The translations under genes and the position numbers were made by a program. Shown here piece after piece: positions 1 to 8,300 of a stretch of 64,000 nt of DNA (position 1 is its first letter; every line of letters starts with the position of its first letter). The stretch spans positions 2,960 to 66,959 of the forward strand of contig JAOTYM010000007.1 of NCBI GenBank assembly GCA_029861845.1, written 5' to 3'. Below the pieces are notes generated by a model. The model was not told the DNA's origin. It saw only the letters and a program-made list of their open reading frames with translations, and did not search any database. The DNA is from Gammaproteobacteria bacterium. Its GTDB lineage: Bacteria; Pseudomonadota; Gammaproteobacteria; Acidiferrobacterales; SPGG2.

Positions 1-90
1 CCAGGCGCCTATGGCCAAGGTCAGGAGTTGGCGATCCTGGTCTTTGCGGCGCATTTCGCGCCAGGGCAAGAGATTTAGTCGTGTCGTCAT
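1..90 (-). CDS. pilN: Type IV pilus assembly protein PilN, first 30 codons only (gene runs off the window start)
   Basis: The minus-strand ATG at 90..88 overlaps the pilM stop (ATGA). Translation is MTTRLNLLPWREMRRKDQDRQLLTLAIGAW, the conserved PilN N-terminus (NLLPWRE..RR). It is absent from the ORF track because the window edge truncates it. Confidence 0.75.
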   Translation of the reverse strand, partial: MTTRLNLLPWREMRRKDQDRQLLTLAIGAW

Positions 91-1163
91 TCGTCGAAAC
101 TCCTTAATGCGAGCCCACAACTGATCATAAGCGAAGGCGCATCGTTAGCTAGCATCTCAGATTTGATTCGAGAAGCCAGCGACATGCTCGCAAACGGATT
201 CGCGACCATAGCTGGGACACCGATACGTGCCGCAACCATTTCATCGATGCCGGGGATTTGGGCGCAACCACCCGCTAGCAGCACCTGGTCGACATTGTTG
301 AACGGACTTGAAGAGTAAAAGAACTGTAATGCACGCATCGCCTCTTGGCACATCGCTTCCATGAAAGGACGCAACACGTCTGTCTGATAGTTGTCCGGCA
401 GCCCACCTTGCTTTTTGGCCAGCCCTGCCTCCTCGTAAGACAGGCCATAACGCCTTTGAATCTCCTCCGTCAGCTGGCGACCACCGAAAGTATGGTCGCG
501 GCTGTAAACCGAACGATTATTATGTATCACGTTGATGTTGGTGGTCGTAGCACCAACATCCAAAATCGCTACTGTCTTCTCCATGCCGCCGCCGGGCATG
601 TGCTGTGAAATCAACGAATACGCACTCTCCATCGCGTACGTCTCGATATCGACAATAGCGGGTGTCAGTCCGTGAGCCTGGATAACGGCTACGTAATCAT
701 CGACTATCTCTTTTCGGCACGCGGCCATTAGGATTTCCATTTCCTCTGGGTTATCTTCCGTTGCACCGATAACTTGATAGTCCATGTTGACTTCGTCGAG
801 CGGATAGGGAATGTAGTGATCGGCCTCCATTTCGATCTGTGTCTGCAGGTCGTTCTCGCTCAGATTGGCGGGCATCTTGATTGTTTTGGTGATTACGTGG
901 GCACCAGCTACGGCCACGGCCGCGTGTTTGCAGCGTGACCCGGACCGCTTTACGGCGCGTTCTACCGCTTGTGCCACTTGTTCTACCTCGGTGATTGCGT
1001 GCTCGACCACCGAGTTTTGTGGCAACGGCTCCACCGCGTAGCGCTCGACACGGCAGTGCTCGTCGGCCCGGCTAAGCTCAAGGACTTTGCATGCCGACGA
1101 GCTGACGTCTATACCCAGTACGGACGGCGTTTTTTTGGCGAAAAGTTTGTCTAATCCGCGCAC
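87..1163 (-). CDS. pilM: Type IV pilus assembly ATPase-fold protein PilM
   Basis: 358 aa. It has an actin-like fold N-terminus (VLGIDVSSSACKVLEL), is followed directly by pilN and is divergent from mrcA, as in Pseudomonas. Confidence 0.9.
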   Translation of the reverse strand: MRGLDKLFAKKTPSVLGIDVSSSACKVLELSRADEHCRVERYAVEPLPQNSVVEHAITEVEQVAQAVERAVKRSGSRCKHAAVAVAGAHVITKTIKMPANLSENDLQTQIEMEADHYIPYPLDEVNMDYQVIGATEDNPEEMEILMAACRKEIVDDYVAVIQAHGLTPAIVDIETYAMESAYSLISQHMPGGGMEKTVAILDVGATTTNINVIHNNRSVYSRDHTFGGRQLTEEIQRRYGLSYEEAGLAKKQGGLPDNYQTDVLRPFMEAMCQEAMRALQFFYSSSPFNNVDQVLLAGGCAQIPGIDEMVAARIGVPAMVANPFASMSLASRIKSEMLANDAPSLMISCGLALRSFDE

Positions 1164-1346
1164 GGAATTTACTTTTTAAATCAACTATTTATTAGACATA
1201 GATACAACTACAGGTTAAATACTACCTCCAAATATAGACCATGGCGATCGAACATGACAAATTTGCCTTTGGTAGTTGGTGGTTTACCTTTATACTTCGC
1301 GACCCGAGATTCTGGCTAATTTCCGGCTCAAAACTCGTCAGTTTGC

Positions 1347-3902
1347 ATGGCTTCCAGCGGTAGTTTTTTAGCGAAATTTGTCCTGTTTGGACGGTCTCCG
1401 AGCAAGTTTTGGCAGCTCGTTTTAGTCGGGCTGTTTGCGTTGTTTGTGGTTGCCGTACTCACATTGGCGATCACCGCTACCATTCTCATGCCTGGCCTAC
1501 CCTCGGTTCAATCGCTCTCCGACGAACCCCTCAAGGTGCCCATGCGAGTCTATTCCGCCGACGGTCGGCTGCTGGCCGAGTTCGGTGAAGAGAAACGTAT
1601 CCCCGTTAAGGCGGGCGAGGTCCCGGACCTGTTAGTCCAGGCTATCCTGGCCGCGGAGGATGATGGGTTCTACGACCATTATGGCGTCGATTTTCTAGGG
1701 ATCGCTCGCGCTGCCTGGTACAACCTGCGCACCGGTACCCATAGCCAGGGGGCAAGTACCATCACTATGCAGGTAGCGAGGAACTTCTTCCTGAGTCCGG
1801 AAAAGACCTACACTCGAAAGCTTAGAGAAATCCTGTTGGCCTTCAAGATCGAACGGCAACTCAGCAAGGACGAAATACTCGAGCTTTATCTTAATAAGAT
1901 ATTCCTAGGCCACCGCGCGTACGGGTTCGCCGCCGCTGCGCAGGTCTATTATGGTAAGCGCCCACACGAGCTCAAACTCCCTGAAACGGCGATGCTCGCT
2001 GGTTTGCCGAAAGCACCGTCAAGGAACAACCCACTCAGCAATCCCGAAAGCGCTATCGAACGGCGGAACTACGTCCTACAGCGTATGTATTCGCTCGGAT
2101 TCATCGGCGAGGAGGCCTCGGAGGACGCCAAATCGGCACCACTGACCGCCAGCAAACATGCACTGCGCTACGACGTCGAAGCGCCGTATGTGGCAGAGAT
2201 GGTGCGGCAATATGTTATTCAAACCTATGACAGAGACGCCTATGCGGGCGGATTGCACATCTATACGACCATTCGCGCCGATCACCAGGAAGCAGCGAAC
2301 TGGTCATTACGTAAGGGATTGCGCGCCTATGAGCGACGCCATGGCTATCGTGGACCAGCTGGGCACATCGAGGTCGACAGCACCGAATTCGACCAGGTTT
2401 ATTTTGATGATGCCCTCAAGGATTACCGGGTGGTCGGCGATTTGATGGTGGGCATCGTATTGTCAGTGGACGCGCAATCGGTGTGGACCTATACGCAGGA
2501 CGGCTACATCGTGGAGATTGGTTGGGATGGGCTTTCCTGGGCGCGTCGCTATATCGACGAGACATCGCAGGGTCCGCCACCAAAGCAAGCGTCGCAGATC
2601 TTAAGCCCGGGCGACGTTATCTATCTGGAATACGTTGAACCCGAGGCAGAGCAGGAGAAAGAACAGACAACGGCGGCCGAAGGGGACCAACAAGATCAGG
2701 GGCAGTGGTTCTTGGCACAGGTACCCGAAGTCGCGGGGGCGCTGGTCTCGATACGGCCGAGCGACGGTGCGATTCTAGCGCTGACAGGTGGATTCGACTT
2801 TCAACAAAGTAAATTCAACCGCGTCGTTCAGGCTGAACGGCAGCCCGGATCTAACCTAAAACCGTTTATCTATTCTGCGGCTTTGGAAAAAGGGTTTACC
2901 GCGGCTACTACAGTTAGTGGGGCGCCTATTGTTATCGAAGATGCCGGTCTGGAAGGGATCTGGCGTCCCGATAACTACAGTGGAAAATTCTTTGGCGATA
3001 CCCCCTTACGCAAAGCCCTAACGCTGTCACTTAATTTAGTTTCTGTACGTTTGCTTCGTGCCATCGGACCGGCGTTTGCGGCTGAACATCTACAGCACTT
3101 TGGTTTCGACAGCACCAAGCTACCGCGGAATTTGTCGTTGGCCTTGGGTAATGCTTCTGCCACACCGTTGCAAATGGCAACGGCATTCTCGGTGTTCGCC
3201 AATGGTGGCTACAAGATAGAACCCTATTTCATCACCCGTATTGAGGACGCCGAACACAACATTCTGGAGCAGGCAAACCCGCTCGTAATCTGCGCCGACT
3301 GCGAAAAAGCGACGAACCCACCGGTCGTGCAGATCAACGACTCGGTAGGTGGAACCGCCTTTGATGCATACTTACCACGCTATGCACCACGCGTTATCAG
3401 CGCCGAGAACTCGTTCATTATGACAAACATTATGAAAGAGGTGATTACGCGCGGCACTGGTCGACGAGCACTGTCGCTGGCACGCGCCGATCTTGCTGGC
3501 AAAACTGGAACCACCAATGAATTTCGCGATGCCTGGTTTTCCGGCTTTACGCCAGACATCGTTACCACCACTTGGGTTGGGTTTGATCAACCGAGGTCAC
3601 TGGGGCCCGGTGAAGCCGGTGCCAAGACAGCGCTCCCGATATGGATTGATTATATGGTAGTCGCGTTGAGCGGCCTGCCGGAAAAAACTTTACCGATACC
3701 GGAGAATGCAATCGCCTTCAGCGTAGATCGAGACACCGGTGAACCGACCGATCCGACCGACAACCGAGCCGTAGTGGAATTTTTCATCGCCGGAACCGAG
3801 CCCGTATTGGCGGATGATCCAGCGCCGGGAGAAATCGCCGACAGTACCTTCTCGGGTACGGTGACGCCGACACAACCAGAGATTCCCAAGGACCTTTTTT
3901 AG
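1347..3902 (+). CDS. mrcA: Penicillin-binding protein 1A (bifunctional transglycosylase/transpeptidase)
   Basis: 851 aa. GT51 motifs are EDDGFYDHYG, GASTITMQ and RKLRE. Transpeptidase motifs are SNLK (SxxK), SLN (SxN) and KTGTTN (KTG). There is an N-terminal membrane anchor. Confidence 0.92.
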   Translation: MASSGSFLAKFVLFGRSPSKFWQLVLVGLFALFVVAVLTLAITATILMPGLPSVQSLSDEPLKVPMRVYSADGRLLAEFGEEKRIPVKAGEVPDLLVQAILAAEDDGFYDHYGVDFLGIARAAWYNLRTGTHSQGASTITMQVARNFFLSPEKTYTRKLREILLAFKIERQLSKDEILELYLNKIFLGHRAYGFAAAAQVYYGKRPHELKLPETAMLAGLPKAPSRNNPLSNPESAIERRNYVLQRMYSLGFIGEEASEDAKSAPLTASKHALRYDVEAPYVAEMVRQYVIQTYDRDAYAGGLHIYTTIRADHQEAANWSLRKGLRAYERRHGYRGPAGHIEVDSTEFDQVYFDDALKDYRVVGDLMVGIVLSVDAQSVWTYTQDGYIVEIGWDGLSWARRYIDETSQGPPPKQASQILSPGDVIYLEYVEPEAEQEKEQTTAAEGDQQDQGQWFLAQVPEVAGALVSIRPSDGAILALTGGFDFQQSKFNRVVQAERQPGSNLKPFIYSAALEKGFTAATTVSGAPIVIEDAGLEGIWRPDNYSGKFFGDTPLRKALTLSLNLVSVRLLRAIGPAFAAEHLQHFGFDSTKLPRNLSLALGNASATPLQMATAFSVFANGGYKIEPYFITRIEDAEHNILEQANPLVICADCEKATNPPVVQINDSVGGTAFDAYLPRYAPRVISAENSFIMTNIMKEVITRGTGRRALSLARADLAGKTGTTNEFRDAWFSGFTPDIVTTTWVGFDQPRSLGPGEAGAKTALPIWIDYMVVALSGLPEKTLPIPENAIAFSVDRDTGEPTDPTDNRAVVEFFIAGTEPVLADDPAPGEIADSTFSGTVTPTQPEIPKDLF

Positions 3903-4540
3903 TGCATAAACCGAGGTTGGGGGACGCGGGCAAACAGCCTTCGCGTCTGGAAGCTCAGTTGCGACAACAGATTAGCGTTGAGGCCGCGCGCATCATGTCA
4001 GACGAAGGTGTGCGCGATTTTCAAGTCGCGAAGCGAAAGGCAGCTGAGCGACTTAATATTCCCGACAACAAACATATGCCGACTAACCAAGAAGTCGAAG
4101 AAGCGTTACGAGAGTACCTAGAGTTGTTTCACGCAAAACGATTATCGGGAACGTTAGAAACACTGCGTAGATGTGCAATCGAGGCGATGCGCTTCTTGGC
4201 CGATTTCAAACCCCGCCTTGTCGGTTCAGTACTGAGTGGCATTGTTACCCCCGAGTCGAGGATTCAGATTCATGTCTCGGCAGACACCCCAGAGGACATC
4301 GGCCTGTTACTAGATGACCACAACATACCATTTGAAGAAAATGACAAACGCTTGCGTTACGGCGGGGACCGTTACCAGACCTGTCCGGTCTACTGCTTCT
4401 CAGCTGATAACAACCCCATCGAGGTCTACGTCTTTGATCATAAGAAAGGACGTGAGACACCATTAAGCCCAGTGGATGGAAGGCCCATGAAACGAGCCAC
4501 AACCAAGGAGGTTGAAGAACTACTCAATGATTCGACGTAA
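3902..4540 (+). CDS. Conserved hypothetical protein, function unknown
   Basis: 212-aa ORF. The GTG start overlaps the mrcA stop (TAGTG), implying translational coupling. I recognised no diagnostic motif. Confidence 0.55.
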   Translation: MHKPRLGDAGKQPSRLEAQLRQQISVEAARIMSDEGVRDFQVAKRKAAERLNIPDNKHMPTNQEVEEALREYLELFHAKRLSGTLETLRRCAIEAMRFLADFKPRLVGSVLSGIVTPESRIQIHVSADTPEDIGLLLDDHNIPFEENDKRLRYGGDRYQTCPVYCFSADNNPIEVYVFDHKKGRETPLSPVDGRPMKRATTKEVEELLNDST

Positions 4541-4735
4541 CCGTGATCACTTTGCAAGACGATTGCGGCCGTTCTCATTGGCTCGGTCGAGCGCAGCCCG
4601 CACATCTGTCATCAGCATTTCACCTGCCCCAGAAGACTTCATCTCCGTAACGATCCAAGCATTCGGCGACAACTCGTCGTGAAAGTGACGGTATTGCTTT
4701 AAAGGAACCGCGCGTATTCGGCGACGGATGGACGT

Positions 4736-5326
4736 CTAATTAGTTAGCCGCAAAACCTGTATCAACTCATTGGCATCGCTGACCAGCGGGTGCTCAGGGT
4801 AGCGCTCGGCGAATAATTCGAGTGCCGCCACGCCTTCGGCGTCCTTTCCTAACTGGCCGTATGCCAAACCCAAAGCGAACTGCACGTTTGGATCTAAACT
4901 ACTAGCGGGGTAGGAATCGGAAAAAGCGTTTAACGCCTCGGTGGCTTGTTCGAATTTGCCCGCGTCGGCCAGCTCCACGGCATCGAGGAAGGCATCAACC
5001 TCCTTAATATAGTCAGGGTCTTCACGTCGGTCGCCTTTCCAATAGGGTTGCAATCCGCCCGTCGTGCTTTCAACGCCACCCACACCGGCGATCAGGGTGC
5101 GGCCACCTGTGCTCGTAGACTGCTCTGATCTGGGCACGTAACCCCTCAGTTTTGACCACATGTGATTCAATAATCGTTGGGCGGCGCCCTTGTCCTCGAC
5201 CACCTGGATCTCAACGTCGATAGCAGACGCACTCGTGTCGATCTGCGCGTGAACCAACGTTAATGGCATACCCAGCAGCCAGCAAAATAATAGTGTTCTA
5301 CCCATAGCGACTAATCTAATTGGCAA
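4736..5326 (-). CDS. Small secreted protein with TPR/YbgF-like C-terminal helical repeat
   Basis: 196-aa ORF with a TTG start at 5326. An alternative ATG at 5305 gives the signal-like MGRTLLFCWLLGMPLTLVHA. The C-terminal half has TPR-like helices (FEQATEALNAF...ALGLAYGQLGKDAEGVAALELF). It lies immediately downstream of the giant ORF. Confidence 0.6.
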   Translation of the reverse strand: MPIRLVAMGRTLLFCWLLGMPLTLVHAQIDTSASAIDVEIQVVEDKGAAQRLLNHMWSKLRGYVPRSEQSTSTGGRTLIAGVGGVESTTGGLQPYWKGDRREDPDYIKEVDAFLDAVELADAGKFEQATEALNAFSDSYPASSLDPNVQFALGLAYGQLGKDAEGVAALELFAERYPEHPLVSDANELIQVLRLTN

Positions 5327-8300
5327 GTAATTTTCCGAATGCCTCGTATTTCTTTCCTATGTTTTCATCGAGCGCTACCGCCTCGCCATGTTTAGCGACT
5401 GCCTCCTTCAAACTCCCGAGCTTGTAGTAGACGAGCGCGAGATTCACCTTGATGCCGCCATCCTTCGGATCGAGCGCTTCCGCCTCACGGTAGGCCCCCA
5501 AGGCACGATCGTAATCGCCCTTTATATAGTAGAGATTGCCACGATTGTTGTAGGCGGCGCTGTTTTGCGGGCTGACTTGCAGCACTTGATCGAATTCCTT
5601 CAACGATAAGTCGTGAAGACCATTGCTACCGTAGATGATGCCGATCTGCATACGCGCGTCGATATCATCGGGCTTGTTACGTAGCAGCGACCGGTAAGCA
5701 ACCAAGAATCGATCCAGACTCTTGGAGACCAGCACCGTACGCTCGCGTTCGACTAGCGCTTTGATTTCATTTCCGACCGGCGGTGTAATCGAGTACTTTG
5801 CTGGTGCAAGCGTCACCGGCACATACTTCCGCCACGCGCCCTTTAGTGGGATGACTTGCAACTGCTCTTGCTGTATCCACTTCTGATACTTACGCGCACC
5901 TTCTGCCCACGCCTCTGAAAATGTTGTTGATATCATGGTTGCCTCTAAAGGTATCCAGACCTCGCCATCTCGCACCACCATAAGATCATCCTGAAGGCTT
6001 ATAATATGCTTTTCTTTATCCGGCAGGCGCGTGTTAAACATGAGAAACAGGTGTCCGGGCACGTCAACCATCGCCGTTTCTATGCCGAGATTCTCGAGCC
6101 CTGCACTTAACAAGACTGATAGATCATCACAATCACCACTCTTGACCTTCAATGTCTCACGCGGAAACTGTACGTAATCTAGTTGGTCTTTGGTCAGTTG
6201 CGGAAATGGGCTGCTCGGGTCGACCACGTACTTCATGCCGTACGCCGACAGCACGTTAAACCAGGTCATCGCGGACACCATATTTTCGTCTAACGGGCCT
6301 TTTTCTGGTCGATAACTATTGATCGCCTGACGTACATAATCCTTCAGTATCTCGTCTGTGGGGGTAACAAACGAGCCAACCATATCTGCTTCTCGCCAAA
6401 CGATTGCATTCTTGCCATAGATGGTCATCGGCTGCGTAATGTCTACGAAGTGCCTCTGTCCCTCATGGTAAAAGTCGAGCTTGACCTCGACCTGGACACC
6501 CGTGTCCTCGTCGATATCACGGATCTTGTTATTGAAAGATGCCAACAAAGGCATCTCTGTCGTTTCATTCGGTCCCAAGACATCGATGCGACGGTGGGTC
6601 GGGAAATCCATGTAATCCTTAATATGGAACGTTAGTCGTAGATTCTTGTATTCAGCTTCTCCAGTGTTCACCACCTTGATGCTGCCCACAGGCGCGTTCG
6701 TGTATCGCTTGTACGCAGAAGAAAATGCCTGCTTAAACTGTAGATCGCGTAACACGACAAGCGGTGCATTTTGATCAAACTCCAGAGACTTCTTTTTCTC
6801 AGCGTACGCGGTATTCAACTGCAATCTGTTCTCTTTATTATCATCAAGCTCAACCGCTATCGTGAATTCTGCGATCGCCTGGTCGTAGTTATGTTTCTTC
6901 AGAAAAAGCTGTCCAAGCAGGCTGTGTGGTATTGAATTTGTCGGCTCTTTCAACGCAGCCTTTTGTAGGTGGCGCTCCGAAATATCTAGCACATCGTTTT
7001 CCAGATATAACCGACCTAGCTCAAGCTCAATGTCGGTCGACGTTGGATCTCGTGCAAGCGCTTTCTTGAGGTAACGAATTGCATCGCCATTCTTACCTTG
7101 CTGATGCGAAATACTCGCAAGTAACACGAGTGGTTCACTGCTATGCGGTTTCAATATGGCGGCATGCTCCGCTTGCTCGGCCGCTTCCTTTAAGAGCTCT
7201 AGTTTTGCTAGCGAGATCGCATAGCGATAACGTAAATTGTAATGATTGGGTTGCACAACTACTGCTTTTTCAAACTCGCGCGCCGCCGCCACATGATTCT
7301 GGCCTTGTTGTTCAAGAAGTGCGAGGCGCAGCCGTGCCTCGAATAATGCGGGCTCTGCGCTTATTGCTTGACGCAGCGCCGAACGGGCTTTAACTTGGTC
7401 TTGCAACGCTAGATAAGCGTCCGCCAAGCCAATCCAGGCATTGGTATTTTTCGGCTCCTCGTCCACCGCCTTTGTCAAAGACAACACCGCTTCTTGCGGA
7501 CGATTATTCGCAAGGGCAATAACGCCGAGGAGGTATTGCCCGGCTGCCTCTTGCTCGCGCACGCCCGACATGGACAGGGCGATTGCGCGTGCGCGCTTAT
7601 ACTCGTTCAGTTCTATGTAGCTTCGCGCCGCGCCCAGGCGTGCGTCACCATTTAGTTTGTCGATGGCTAGTGCTTTATTGAAACGCTCTAACGCTTGCAC
7701 ATGCTTAGCGAGCGCTTGGTGGGCGCGTCCGCTTTCGATCCAAACCGTGATGTTGTCGGGCACTACCTTGACCGCTTGATCGAACTGCGCCAACCCCTTA
7801 TCCACCGCACCGAGTTGAACATAGGTGTGCCCCAACAAGAAATGTGCGGACTCGAGGTTCGGATCAAGCTCTATCGACTTCTCGAGGCAGTTGACCGCGC
7901 CCGCCGTATCTTCGAGCTTCAAGCCGGCCTTACCGCACCACAGGTAGGTAGAGGCATCGGCTTGGTCGCGCGCGATTGCCTTATCTGCCACAGCTTTCGT
8001 CTCGATAAATTGTTGCGCGCCAAAAAATGACTCGGCTTGACGATTTAAGCCCTTAAGCTCGAAAGCAGGAATCTTTGCGAGTTCTTGGAAACGACGGATC
8101 GCCTGTTTATGCTTACCTTGTCGGTCTAGGCTAAGCCCTAGGTACTCGAGCACCTCACCGTGTTCGGAGTTGTCGTTGTAAAGAGACAGAAATATCTCGG
8201 CCGCCTCGGCGTACTTCTCGTCACCATACAAACCATAGCCGGTCTGGAACAGATCGCTTCCGGTTTCTGACGCCGGTCCTTCGACTCCGAAACCGCTTAC

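Noticed and set aside
4733-4738. Possible programmed read-through of the TAG ending the 196-aa ORF into the 62-codon downstream frame.
   Set aside because: There is no read-through context or supporting structure. The downstream frame looks like an unrelated GGDEF-tail remnant, so frame contiguity is most simply coincidence.
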